Assembly: GCA_963764165.1 (NCBI GenBank)
Contig: CAVXRD010000001.1
Coordinates: 1,440,001 to 1,504,000 of the forward strand
Length of the DNA stretch: 64,000 nt
Source: an uncultured Verrucomicrobiae bacterium
GTDB taxonomy: Bacteria > Verrucomicrobiota > Verrucomicrobiia > Limisphaerales > Palsa-1400
Reading direction: 5' to 3'
Part shown: in pieces, positions 10,532-19,993 of the stretch
How the letters are laid out: the number at the start of each line of letters is the position of its first letter
Position numbering within the stretch: position 1 is the stretch's first letter
Program-made: the position numbers and the translations under genes
The notes under the pieces: generated by a model
Database searches by the model: none
What the model was told of the DNA's origin: nothing
Seen by the model: the letters and a program-made list of their open reading frames with translations, nothing else

Positions 10532-12214
10532 GAGACTGTCTCAAAACGTTTTAGTCTGGCCGATCTGGTTATATGGGCACCAATAGGGGCTGTGGAAACG
10601 GGTGTCAACTTTTAGTTGTCAGAGCGTGGCTGGCGTCAGCGATGACGCCAAGCTTCCCTTTCCCTCCTTTTTTAGGCCGCCATCGCCAAATTTCCTTCAA
10701 CCGCGGCGGTTTTGACTTCCATTTTCGGCGTCTGGACCCGGGCCTGCCACTTTTTATAGAGGATTCGCAGGTTCAAGGTGGCGCATAACAAGGCCCATTG
10801 GGCTTGCACGGCTTCCAGACCCCAAACTGTCCAACGCCGAAAGCCGTCGTGTTGCTTGAGCTGCCCAAACCGGCGTTCGATGATCTCTTTGCGCTTTCCA
10901 TAAAGCGCGGCGGGTCCTGGCTCTTGCAGCCGGGCCCGCATGGCTTGCACCAGCGTGGTGTGCGGCCACACTTCGACTTGCCGCCCTTTGGGATCGCGGC
11001 TGCAGAGGGCGCGCACGGGACAGTCTCGGTGATGGCAGCGGAAGCGCTCAACGGTCTGGCCTTTCTTGGTGGTCTGGCCTTCGTGGTCCAGAAGGCGCTC
11101 TTGCGGGCAGGTGACGGTGTGGGCCGCCTCGTCATAATGAAAATGCTGCGTCGCGTAGGCGTTGTCGTGGGCTGGCTTGCCCTCCGCCGGCGGGGCCAGC
11201 ACATTCATCTGCTGTTCCACGGCCGCTTTCAAGTCGGCCCCGCCCCCATAGCCGGCGTCGGCGGCGGTGAGGGTTGGAATGGCCGCCGGACCGAGGTTTT
11301 GCCTCGCTTCTTCAATCATGGGGACCAGCTGGCCGGCGTCGGTTTCCTGGCGGGTGGCTTGACAGGCGACCATGATGCCCTCCTGGCTGTCGGCCACCGC
11401 CTGGGCGTTGTAGGCAAAGCGGTTGGTGTCGCCGACTTTCATCCGGCGCGCCTCCGGTTCGGCTGGATGGTAATGGTGGCGCCCGTCGGCCTGCAGCTGG
11501 GCCAGGCCTTTTTTGATTTCCTCGCGCAGGGCCTGGCGCTGGGCCAACCCGGCGGGCAGCCGGCAGCCCGGTGCGCTGGAATCCTGGTTCTCCGCCACGA
11601 CTTTGAGCTCGATTTCCTCCAAGGCGCCATCCAGCTGGGCCAGGAGCTTCTCCATGTAAACCTTGCTCCAGCCCTGCGGCCCGCTGCAGGCGGCTTGAAT
11701 CTTGGTGCCGTCCAACGCTTGCAAGGCAAATCCCACCGCCCCGGTGCGGAGGGCCAGCTGCACGGTTTGCTTGAAAACCTGGCGCAGGGCCTTTTTGTTT
11801 CCGTCCCAGAACCGCCAGAGGCTGTTGTGGTCGGGGGCGTTGAGCCCCGTCAGCCACAGCAGCGAGACATGCTCCGTGCAGGCGGTTTCCAGCTTGCGGG
11901 TGGAGCGAATGCGGTGGAAATAACCGTAAAGCCAAATCTTGAGCAGGAGGCTGGGGGCATAGGGCGGACGGCCTTCGGCGGCGGCGGGAATGACAAACCC
12001 AAGCTGGGGCAGATCCAACTGGTCGACAAATTCGCGCAGGAAGCGGGCGGGATGGTCGGCGGACACCCAGTCCTCCAGGGCGGGCGGGAGGAGGAACTGC
12101 TGTCCGTAATCAGGGGCAATCGGTTGAGCCATATTTGTTGAACGGCATTGTCAACTAAAGGCTCACATATTGTCAAATACATTCCTCAAAAAACAGAAGT
12201 TTTGAGACAATCTC
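10532..12214 (-). mobile_element. IS1182-family insertion sequence, 1683 bp, 16-bp TIRs, 4-bp TSD GGCG
   Basis: TIRs gagactgtctcaaaac (10532-10547) and gttttgagacaatctc (12199-12214) match at 15/16. GGCG occurs at 10528-10531 and 12215-12218. Confidence 0.92.
10672..12132 (-). CDS. IS1182-family DDE transposase
   Basis: QQFLLPPALEDWV..H..RF, GRPPYAPSLLLKIWLYGY, PDHNSLWRF, ALDGTKIQA, YNAQAVAD, ADAGY, IERRFGQLK. Confidence 0.95.
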   Translation of the reverse strand: MAQPIAPDYGQQFLLPPALEDWVSADHPARFLREFVDQLDLPQLGFVIPAAAEGRPPYAPSLLLKIWLYGYFHRIRSTRKLETACTEHVSLLWLTGLNAPDHNSLWRFWDGNKKALRQVFKQTVQLALRTGAVGFALQALDGTKIQAACSGPQGWSKVYMEKLLAQLDGALEEIELKVVAENQDSSAPGCRLPAGLAQRQALREEIKKGLAQLQADGRHHYHPAEPEARRMKVGDTNRFAYNAQAVADSQEGIMVACQATRQETDAGQLVPMIEEARQNLGPAAIPTLTAADAGYGGGADLKAAVEQQMNVLAPPAEGKPAHDNAYATQHFHYDEAAHTVTCPQERLLDHEGQTTKKGQTVERFRCHHRDCPVRALCSRDPKGRQVEVWPHTTLVQAMRARLQEPGPAALYGKRKEIIERRFGQLKQHDGFRRWTVWGLEAVQAQWALLCATLNLRILYKKWQARVQTPKMEVKTAAVEGNLAMAA

Positions 12215-12253
12215 GGCGAGGCGTCCCTACCTTCTCTGGCCCGCTTATGATCA

Positions 12254-13339
12254 TTAGTGATGCTGCACCGCGTGAATGATCTTGTCCTGAACCTCGGGCG
12301 CAAGAAACGGGTGCATCGGCAAGCTGATCACCTCGTTCGCCGCCTTTTCCGATTCGGGAAAATCGCCAAGCTTGTAGCCGAGATCGGAAAAAACCGGCTG
12401 CTCGTGCAGGCATTTCGGATAGTAGATCGCGGTGGGAATGCCCTGCTTCTTCAGACGTTCGCCGACTTTGTCGCGGTCGGGAATGCGAATGGTGTATTGC
12501 GCGTAAACGTGCGTGTTTCCGGGCGCGACCACGGGCACCGTGCAGCAATCCCCCAATGCCTTCGAGTATCGCGCGCCAATTTTCGCCCGCTCCGCAACTT
12601 CCCAGTCGAAGTGCGGCAGCTTCGCCAAAAGGACGGCGGCCTGGATCGTGTCGAATCGCCCGTTTGTGCCTAGGAGCGGATGATGATGCCGCTGCAATCC
12701 CCCGTGATTGCGAACAGCCTTCAACGTTCCCGCCATCTGGTCATCGTTGCAGAACAGCGCCCCGCCGTCGCCGAAACAGCCGAGCGGCTTGGCCGGAAAA
12801 AAGCTGGTGCTGCCGATGGTCGAAACGCCGCCGCTCCTGCGCCCGCGCTGGGTCGCGCCAAAACTTTGCGCCGCGTCTTCGAGGACTGGAATTTCAAATT
12901 CGTCCGCCAGCGCGTTGATGCGATCCATGTCCGGCATCTGGCCGAACAGGCTGACGGGCATGATGCACTTTGTGCGCGGCGTAATCGCCGCGCGAAGGAG
13001 ATCAATATTAATATTGTAAGTGGCCGGCTCAATATCGACAAAGACCGGCCGCGCCCCCACCAGCGAAACCGCTTCCGCCGTGCTGATCCACGTAAATGGC
13101 ACGGTGATGACTTCGTCACCCGGCCCGATGCCCAAAGCGCGAAACGCGATTTCCAGCGTGTGCGTGCCGCTCGATGCCGTAACGCAATACTTGACTCCCA
13201 CGTAATCGGCCAGCGCCTCTTCCAATTCCGCGACTTCCGGGCCCATGATGTATTGGCAGTGGTTGAGCACGGCCTGGATGCGGGCGTCAATTTCTGTCTT
13301 GTAGCGGCGATACTGTTCTTTGCAATCGATGAATTCCAT
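12254..13339 (-). CDS. DegT/DnrJ/EryC1/StrS PLP-dependent sugar aminotransferase (WbpE-like)
   Basis: IGPGDEVITVPFTW, EDAAQSFGA, TSFFPAKPLGCFGDGGA (PLP lysine), SLPMHPFL. Confidence 0.92.
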   Translation of the reverse strand: MEFIDCKEQYRRYKTEIDARIQAVLNHCQYIMGPEVAELEEALADYVGVKYCVTASSGTHTLEIAFRALGIGPGDEVITVPFTWISTAEAVSLVGARPVFVDIEPATYNINIDLLRAAITPRTKCIMPVSLFGQMPDMDRINALADEFEIPVLEDAAQSFGATQRGRRSGGVSTIGSTSFFPAKPLGCFGDGGALFCNDDQMAGTLKAVRNHGGLQRHHHPLLGTNGRFDTIQAAVLLAKLPHFDWEVAERAKIGARYSKALGDCCTVPVVAPGNTHVYAQYTIRIPDRDKVGERLKKQGIPTAIYYPKCLHEQPVFSDLGYKLGDFPESEKAANEVISLPMHPFLAPEVQDKIIHAVQHH

Positions 13340-13966
13340 TTATTCGGGGACTTTCTGCTTGCCCACGCCAGTTTTCCCGGGCGGGCGGGGGGCGGAAGCG
13401 CTGGTGGTTGCAAGGGCTGGCAATATGTCTGCCATGCGGCGGTTCTCCACCCGCACTGAGCTTCTGTCCACTTCGGTCAAGGTTACGCGACCCAGAAAAT
13501 CCAGCAAGACTTGTATTCGCTGCCCGGCGGAGGCCGCGCGGAGCACCATTCCCGAAAGGCCCATGAAAACGCCGCCGGCGATTTTCACTTCCGCTCCCGG
13601 CACCACTCCATCCGCCGCCACGAAAGGCAATTCGGAATCGAAATGCTGCTTCAACTCCGCAATCACATTATCCGGCACGGCGGGAATTTTTTTTCCAAAA
13701 TGCACGATGCTGCTGACGCCGGCGATATGCTTCAGATCGTCGTAAGCCTGCTCCAGGACGCAATGGACAAAAATGTAGCAGGGAAAAAGCGGCTCCAGCA
13801 CGCGCATCACGCCGCGCTGCGTGGCCCGCTCCAGGCGCAGGCGCGGATTGAAAACTTCGAGCCCCAGGCGCTTGGCAACGTTCGCGGCCGCGATGTGCTC
13901 GTGCTTGGGCTTTGTCCGCGCGCAGTACCATTCGAGTTTGGCGTGGTTCTGCGATTTAGGGCGCAT
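13340..13966 (-). CDS. NusG/RfaH-family operon-specific transcription antiterminator
   Basis: WYCARTKPKHE, EPLFPCYIFV (NGN domain), KOW-like GAEVKIAGGVFMGLSG, VLLDFLGR. First gene of the sugar operon. Confidence 0.88.
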   Translation of the reverse strand: MRPKSQNHAKLEWYCARTKPKHEHIAAANVAKRLGLEVFNPRLRLERATQRGVMRVLEPLFPCYIFVHCVLEQAYDDLKHIAGVSSIVHFGKKIPAVPDNVIAELKQHFDSELPFVAADGVVPGAEVKIAGGVFMGLSGMVLRAASAGQRIQVLLDFLGRVTLTEVDRSSVRVENRRMADILPALATTSASAPRPPGKTGVGKQKVPE

Positions 13967-14030
13967 GCGAGTCCATTCTGCAAAAACTATAGTTCACCTC
14001 CGTTCCATTGCAACGCATCGCGCAACAATG

Positions 14031-14133
14031 CGGAGCGTGGCTGTGTCGAAGACCAGCCGCAGCAACGTGGAATTAGCCGACGCGCCGGGCGGTGCAACGC
14101 GCTGCGGCTGGTCCTCGATACAGCCGCGCTCGG
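14031..14133. repeat. Inverted REP-like pair
   Basis: cggagcgtggctgtgtcgaagaccagccgcagc (14031-14063) is a near reverse complement of gctgcggctggtcctcgatacagccgcgctcgg (14101-14133). Confidence 0.8.
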
Positions 14134-14203
14134 CTAACGGTGGCATAGCTCACTCACCCTGACACCTTGCCTTTGCCTTACCACCTGATTAACGTCACCG
14201 TCT

Positions 14204-15418
14204 ATGGCTCAGATTAGACCGTTTGCCGCTCTGCGACCCAACCCGGCGCTGGCTGGAAAAATTTGTGAATTGCCCTACGACGTCATGTCCTCCGCCGAGG
14301 CCCGCCAGATGGCGGCGGGCAATCCCCTGAGTTTTTTGCACGTCAGCAAGCCGGAAATCGATCTGCCGGAGAGCGTGGATATTTACGACGCGCGAGTCTA
14401 TGCGAAGGGGCGCGAGAATTTTTCGCGCATGATCAGCGAGGGCGCGCTGAAACAGGATTCGCAGCCGTTCTATTATTTCTACCGGCAAATCATGGGTGGG
14501 CACTCGCAAACGGGTTTGGTCGCAGTTGCGAGCTGCCAGGATTACCTCGACGGCATCGTGAAGAAACACGAATTCACGCGCCCTGATAAAGAGGACGACC
14601 GCGTGCGCCATATCGAGACGCTGAATTCACAGACGGGGCCAGTTTTTCTGGTTTACAAAGCGAATCCCAAATTGGACAAGATCGCGGCCGGCGTCACATC
14701 TCAAACGCCCGATACTGATTTCACCGCAACGGACGGCGTGCGGCATACCTCATGGACTGTGCGCGATGCGGCTGCCTTGGCAACGATCTCGGAGATTTTT
14801 GCGGCGATGCCGGCGCTCTTTATCGCCGACGGCCATCATCGCAGCGCGGCGGCGGGGCGCGTTTATAAATCGCGAAACGGCGCGGGCGGCAGCGCTTGGT
14901 TTTTGAGCGTTATTTTTCCGGATGACCAGGTGAAAATTCTGCCCTACAACCGGGTGCTGAAAAGTCTCGGCGGCATGAGCGCCTCAGGCCTGTTGGAAAA
15001 ACTCAAATCGATTTTCGAAATTGCACCTGGAGGCGCAGGCGAGGTGAAAGCAAAACACGAACTTGGATTATTCGTCGAGGGACAATGGCATTCGCTGCAT
15101 TTTCGGACGGAGTTGGTCAACGGCCAATCGGCATTGGATGGATTGGATGTATCACTTTTGCAGAAGCACGTTCTCGCGCCGATCTTCGGCATCGATGACC
15201 CACGCACGAGCAAGAACATTCAATTCGTCGGCGGCATTCGCGGAACGGCGGAACTCGAGAAACTTGTCAATACGAAGCAATTCGCCTGCGCCTTTTCGAT
15301 GTTCCCCACCGGCATTGAAGACCTGATGACCATCGCCGATGGCGGCGGGATCATGCCTCCCAAGAGCACATGGTTCGAGCCCAAGCTCCGCGACGCCATG
15401 TTCTGCCACATGATTTAG
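14204..15418 (+). CDS. DUF1015 family protein
   Basis: IRPFAALRP, LPYDV, KKHEFTRPDKEDDR, IADGHHR, MPPKSTWFEPKLRD. Confidence 0.9.
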   Translation: MAQIRPFAALRPNPALAGKICELPYDVMSSAEARQMAAGNPLSFLHVSKPEIDLPESVDIYDARVYAKGRENFSRMISEGALKQDSQPFYYFYRQIMGGHSQTGLVAVASCQDYLDGIVKKHEFTRPDKEDDRVRHIETLNSQTGPVFLVYKANPKLDKIAAGVTSQTPDTDFTATDGVRHTSWTVRDAAALATISEIFAAMPALFIADGHHRSAAAGRVYKSRNGAGGSAWFLSVIFPDDQVKILPYNRVLKSLGGMSASGLLEKLKSIFEIAPGGAGEVKAKHELGLFVEGQWHSLHFRTELVNGQSALDGLDVSLLQKHVLAPIFGIDDPRTSKNIQFVGGIRGTAELEKLVNTKQFACAFSMFPTGIEDLMTIADGGGIMPPKSTWFEPKLRDAMFCHMI

Positions 15419-15436
15419 CTGGCCCAATTCGAAAGA

Positions 15437-15579
15437 GGTAGCGCGACCGTCTCGGTCGCTCTGGCCGGCGTCCCGCCGGACAGTTCAACAGATCGGCGGC
15501 GATCACTTGGTGAAATTTCTTTGCGCGAAGAGTTTTCGGCGAGACGCCGAAAACAGCTACCGAGACAGTCGCGGTCCCC
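15437..15579. repeat. Inverted REP-like pair between convergent genes
   Basis: gcgaccgtctcggtcgct...ggcgtcccgcc is mirrored by ggcgagacgcc...agctaccgagacagtcgc. Confidence 0.7.
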
Positions 15580-15600
15580 AAATCACCGCATTGTCGCGGC

Positions 15601-18414
15601 TTAGCGGTCAGCGTGCGCAAGCGCATCCGCCAAAATTTCGGCGAGATGCTTCGGATGACGGTCGGAAAGATGTTCGACTTGATGGCGGCAGCTCGTACCA
15701 GAGGCGACGATGATGCTTTCCGACGGCTGACTTTCAAGCCGGTCGATCAATGGCTTCGCCACTTTGACAGAGAGATCGTATTTGGATTCCAGCGCACCAA
15801 AAGCTCCAGCCATTCCGCAGCAACCCGTATCCAGCAATTTCGCCGAACGCCCCGGGATTCGTTCAACGAGGCGCTTCATGAAACTTGTGTCGAGCAGTGA
15901 TTTGGCGTGGCAATGCGCGTGGATGGCGACGTTTTGGTTGACGTTGTTGAAAGCAATCGCGCCCGGTTCGTGAACGAGGAGGTTTTCCATAAACGATTCA
16001 AAAAGGAAGCAACGCGATTTGATTTTTTCCGCGCCCGGAAGTTTCAATTCGCGGTAATCCTCTGCGAACATCGAATAGCACGACGGTTCGAGAAATAGAA
16101 TCGGTTCCGCGCCGCCGTCCGCTGTCAATAATTCGAGATTGTGTCGGCCCATCTCGGCGGCTTCATCGAGGCAGCCCTGGCTGAACGCTGGCCTTCCGCA
16201 ACATTTCCGGCCCATCGGCAGTTTCACAGTGAATCCAGCCGCCTCCAGCACCGCGACCGCAGCGCGACCGATGTGCGGTTCGTGATAGCGGACGAACGTG
16301 TCGTCCCACAGGATAATTGAACTGCGCGAACCCACGCGTTTTTCGCCGCGCCGTGCAAACCAATAATCGAATCGTTCCGACGCGTAAAGAGGAAGCGGAC
16401 GCCGCGCGGAAATGCCGAGCATGCTTCCCATCAGGCGGCGCAAGACCGGCGCGCGCAGCATCCAATTCGCCACATTCGGCACAACACATCCCATTCTTCC
16501 CATCAAGTCCACCGAACTGAAGATCCGCTCCCGCAAGGAAACGCCATAACGCTCGTGGCGTCCGTGCAGCAATTCCGCCTTCAGAAGCGCGAGGTTCACG
16601 TTGGACGGGCACTCGGAGGTGCATGCTTTGCACGAAAGGCAATTTCCCAGCGCCGCATCCATTTCGTCGCTGCGCAAGGGATCGGCAATGCCGCGCATTT
16701 CCAGCGCGGCGCGAATCGTGTTGGCCCGGCCGCGCGTGGACATGATTTCTTCGCCCGTGGCCAGAAACGTGGGACACATCGTCGGCGCGTCCTTGCGGCA
16801 GCCGCCGCAGCCGTTGCATTGCTCAAGATTGCCGATGAACGAATCATCCTTGGCGGCAAAGGCCAGCCTTGGCTCGAATGGCAAAACCAATTCTCTTCCC
16901 GGCCCTTGCCGTAGGTTCAAGTCGATTTTCCATTGGCCATCGGGAATTACTTTGCCGGGATTGAAAAGTCCGGTCGGGTCGAAAATATTCTTTACATCAC
17001 GCATGACGCCGAGGAGCCGCGGGCCAACCTGGCTTTCCATGTATTCAGTGCGGGCCATTCCCACGCCGTGCTCCGCCGCCAGCGAGCCTTTGAATTGCCG
17101 CACCAGCGCCGCGACTTCATCCGAAACTTCACGGAATTTTCTCAGATCCCCAGCGTTATGCAGATCAAGGACGGGACGAACGTGCAGCAAACCTGAAGCG
17201 GCGTGGCCGTAGAAACACGCCTCCAAATTCCGGTCGCGCAGGATTTTATAGAGGCCGTTCACGTAATCAGGAAGCACGCGCGGATCAACGGCGGTGTCCT
17301 CGATGGCAGTCACCGGTTTCGCTGCGCCTTTGCAACCTGTCAACAATGACAACCCGGCTTTGCGCATGTTCCACACTTGCGCCATGGGCGAGGCATCCCG
17401 CAGCAGAAGCGTGCGAAGCCCCAATTTCTTTTTGCGCACCGCTTCCAAACGGTCGCCGTCGTCATCAAAAAACTCGACCAATAGGAGCGACTCGCACGGT
17501 TTGCCATCCAGCTCCAAAAGGTCGCGGGCGGCTTTGAACTGCAATTGCCCGCGTGTTTGGTCAAATAGAACTTTGTCGACGTGCTCAATCGCGGCAGGCT
17601 GCAGGTCAAGCAATTCAACCGTGGCGCGCATCGCTTCTGAAACCGACGCGAAGAAAATAATGCCGAGCGTCTTTCGTTTTGGCGCCGGCACAATTTTCAA
17701 TTCCGCCGAAACAATGGCCGCCAGGGTTCCTTCGCTTCCGGCCAGCAAGTGGCTTGCGTTGGCATGGCGCAGGTAACGATCCAACCCATAACCAGGCCAG
17801 CGTTTGAGCAACGTTGCTGGCATGCGCGACTCAATTTCGGTCGCGGCAGCTCGAACAACGTGTGACAGATCACGACGCTCTCGCGCGTCGAGTGTTTCAG
17901 TTTGTCCATCCGCTCGCACCACTTCCAGCGAAACAACGTGGTCGACAGTGCAGCCGAAAACCGGCGTGTGCGCCCCGGAAGAATTGTTCGCGACCATCCC
18001 GCCGATGGTGGCGCGCGAACTCGTCGCCACGTCCGGGCCGAAGCAAAATCCGTGCGGCTTCAGGCATGCGTTTAATTGATCGAGAACGACGCCAGCACCC
18101 GCACGCACCGTTCGCTTTTCCAGATTTAAATCAGAAATCCCGCGGTTGAACCGGGCGAACTCAACCACCAATCCCCTGCCCAGCGCGCCTCCCACCAAGC
18201 CGCTTCCCGCTCCTCGTGGAATGACGGGGATGCCCGCGATGGCGGCGGCTTTGATGATGGCGGAGGCTTGCGCCGCGCCGCGCGGAAAGGCGACCGCTGC
18301 CGGCTCGACCTGGTAAACCGAGGCGTCTGTGGCGTAAAGCTGGCGGGTGAGATTGTCAAAGGCGACTTCGCAATCGACCGCGGCCAGCAGCGCCCGTTGC
18401 TGGTCTGCCAACAC
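15601..18414 (-). CDS. FAD-linked oxidase / 4Fe-4S / CCG-domain oxidoreductase (YdiJ / D-2-hydroxyacid dehydrogenase-like)
   Basis: YATDASVY, PRGAGSG, ATIGGMVANNSSG, AEHGVG, FNPGK, CNGCGGC, CLSCKACTSECP, CCG motifs. Confidence 0.88.
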   Translation of the reverse strand: MLADQQRALLAAVDCEVAFDNLTRQLYATDASVYQVEPAAVAFPRGAAQASAIIKAAAIAGIPVIPRGAGSGLVGGALGRGLVVEFARFNRGISDLNLEKRTVRAGAGVVLDQLNACLKPHGFCFGPDVATSSRATIGGMVANNSSGAHTPVFGCTVDHVVSLEVVRADGQTETLDARERRDLSHVVRAAATEIESRMPATLLKRWPGYGLDRYLRHANASHLLAGSEGTLAAIVSAELKIVPAPKRKTLGIIFFASVSEAMRATVELLDLQPAAIEHVDKVLFDQTRGQLQFKAARDLLELDGKPCESLLLVEFFDDDGDRLEAVRKKKLGLRTLLLRDASPMAQVWNMRKAGLSLLTGCKGAAKPVTAIEDTAVDPRVLPDYVNGLYKILRDRNLEACFYGHAASGLLHVRPVLDLHNAGDLRKFREVSDEVAALVRQFKGSLAAEHGVGMARTEYMESQVGPRLLGVMRDVKNIFDPTGLFNPGKVIPDGQWKIDLNLRQGPGRELVLPFEPRLAFAAKDDSFIGNLEQCNGCGGCRKDAPTMCPTFLATGEEIMSTRGRANTIRAALEMRGIADPLRSDEMDAALGNCLSCKACTSECPSNVNLALLKAELLHGRHERYGVSLRERIFSSVDLMGRMGCVVPNVANWMLRAPVLRRLMGSMLGISARRPLPLYASERFDYWFARRGEKRVGSRSSIILWDDTFVRYHEPHIGRAAVAVLEAAGFTVKLPMGRKCCGRPAFSQGCLDEAAEMGRHNLELLTADGGAEPILFLEPSCYSMFAEDYRELKLPGAEKIKSRCFLFESFMENLLVHEPGAIAFNNVNQNVAIHAHCHAKSLLDTSFMKRLVERIPGRSAKLLDTGCCGMAGAFGALESKYDLSVKVAKPLIDRLESQPSESIIVASGTSCRHQVEHLSDRHPKHLAEILADALAHADR

Positions 18415-19301
18415 TACTTAAGCCCGAGATTGCGCACCACCGCGACGGTGGACCGCGCTTTGTTGAGCGTGTAAAAATGCAGCCCGGCAACACCTTCGTC
18501 CAGCAGCTCCTGGCACTGGCGCGTCGCGTATTCGATGCCGAATTCCGTGCAAGCCTCGTCGTCGCTTTCGTGCTTTTCCAGGTTGAAAAGCAGCGGCGTT
18601 GGAAGCTCGGCGCCGCACAATTTGGTGAAGCGCTTGATTTGGTGCGCGCTCAAAATCGGGATGATGCCTGGTATGATCGGCACCGTAACGCCCTGCTTCG
18701 ACAGGTAATCACGGAAGCGAAAATAATCGCGGTTATCGAAAAATAATTGCGTCAATACGAAATCTGCCCCGCTGTCAATCTTCGCCTTAAGACGGTCCCA
18801 ATCCACTTCGCGGCCTTCTTTGCAAGCAACATGGCCTTCCGGAAACCCCGCGGTGCCAATGCAAAAGCCGCCCATTTCTCGTATGAATTTCACCAATTGA
18901 TACGAATACTCGAAGCCTCCCTCGGTTTTTTGAAACGTGCCGTTGCCGCCTGGCGGATCGCCGCGAAGGGCCAGGATGTTTTGGATGCCAAGCGACTTGG
19001 CCTGATTGAGGACGCTGCGCAACTCCTCGGCGGTGGCATTCACGCACGTCAGGTGTGACATCGCAGGAATGTTGTGCTCGCGCTGGATGCGGTCCACGAT
19101 TCCCAGCGTCTTCTCGCGCGTTCCCCCGCCCGCGCCGTAAGTGACCGAGCAATAGTCGGGATTCACTTCTTTCAGGGCCGGGAGCGTCTTGCCCAGGAGA
19201 GCGCGGTCGCCGTCATCCGTTTTCGGCGGAAAGAACTCAAACGAGATGACCGGCAGGCCCAAAGCGGCCTTCCGGGCATGGATGTCGCAGATAAATTGCA
19301 T
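18414..19301 (-). CDS. metF: 5,10-methylenetetrahydrofolate reductase
   Basis: ISFEFFPPK, SVTYGAGG, HLTCV, LALRGDPP, TQLFFDN, HFYTLN. Confidence 0.95.
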   Translation of the reverse strand: MQFICDIHARKAALGLPVISFEFFPPKTDDGDRALLGKTLPALKEVNPDYCSVTYGAGGGTREKTLGIVDRIQREHNIPAMSHLTCVNATAEELRSVLNQAKSLGIQNILALRGDPPGGNGTFQKTEGGFEYSYQLVKFIREMGGFCIGTAGFPEGHVACKEGREVDWDRLKAKIDSGADFVLTQLFFDNRDYFRFRDYLSKQGVTVPIIPGIIPILSAHQIKRFTKLCGAELPTPLLFNLEKHESDDEACTEFGIEYATRQCQELLDEGVAGLHFYTLNKARSTVAVVRNLGLK

Positions 19302-19389
19302 TGATGGATTATGGTTGCGGCGTGGCCAAAGTTCAAACGGCAATCTTCGACCATTTGACAAGCGGCAGAACTATTTTACATTAGGCCCC
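19302..19389. promoter_or_regulatory. Divergent sigma70-type promoters for metF and the glutathione peroxidase gene, both apparently leaderless
   Basis: Minus strand: TTGAAC-17-CATAAT-6-ATG. Plus strand: TTGACA-16-TACATT-7-ATG. Confidence 0.65.
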
Positions 19390-19932
19390 ATGAAAATCGT
19401 TTTCGCTCTTATTGCTCTGCTCGGTATCGCACAAGTCGTTATGGCTGAAGGAACACCTCTCCAATCCATTCCGTTGAAGGACATCGATGGCAAGGATACA
19501 TCGCTCAAAGATTATTCCGGCAAAGTGATTTTGCTGGTGAATGTCGCTTCTAAATGCGGCAATACGCCGCAATACGCCGGCCTCGAAAGCCTCTACGAGA
19601 AATACAAAGACAAGGGTTTCGTCATCATCGGCGTGCCTTCCAATGATTTCGCCGGCCAGGAGCCCGGAAGCCCCGAGCAAATCAAATCGTTTTGCACGGA
19701 AACATACGGCGTGAAATTTCCGCTGATGGAAAAGGCGCACGTAAAAGGAAAAGAGAAGTGCCCACTTTACGCGGCGCTCACGGGGCCAGACGCCGCTTTT
19801 CCCGGCGAAGTGAAATGGAACTTTGGCAAATTTCTCATCGGCAAAGATGGGAAAGTTGTGAAGCGTTTTGAACCTTCGGTGAAGCCGGAAACGCCGGAAG
19901 TTGTGCAGGCCATTGAAGCCGCGCTTAATTGA
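19390..19932 (+). CDS. Glutathione peroxidase family protein (Cys type) with signal peptide
   Basis: LVNVASKCGNTPQY, PSNDFAGQEPG, KWNFGKFLI; hydrophobic N-terminus. Confidence 0.93.
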   Translation: MKIVFALIALLGIAQVVMAEGTPLQSIPLKDIDGKDTSLKDYSGKVILLVNVASKCGNTPQYAGLESLYEKYKDKGFVIIGVPSNDFAGQEPGSPEQIKSFCTETYGVKFPLMEKAHVKGKEKCPLYAALTGPDAAFPGEVKWNFGKFLIGKDGKVVKRFEPSVKPETPEVVQAIEAALN

Positions 19933-19993
19933 GCAGCGGCAGTTTCTGTCAACAGATTTTGGAAGCGGCGGTAATCCCGCCGCTTCTTGCTTT

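Noticed and set aside
14170..14190. RfaH ops element (minus-strand aggtggtaaggc)
   Set aside because: Weak match; it lies upstream of the likely operon promoter and inside the DUF1015 promoter spacer.
19540..19575. Selenocysteine in the glutathione peroxidase
   Set aside because: The active-site codon is TGC (Cys), not TGA.
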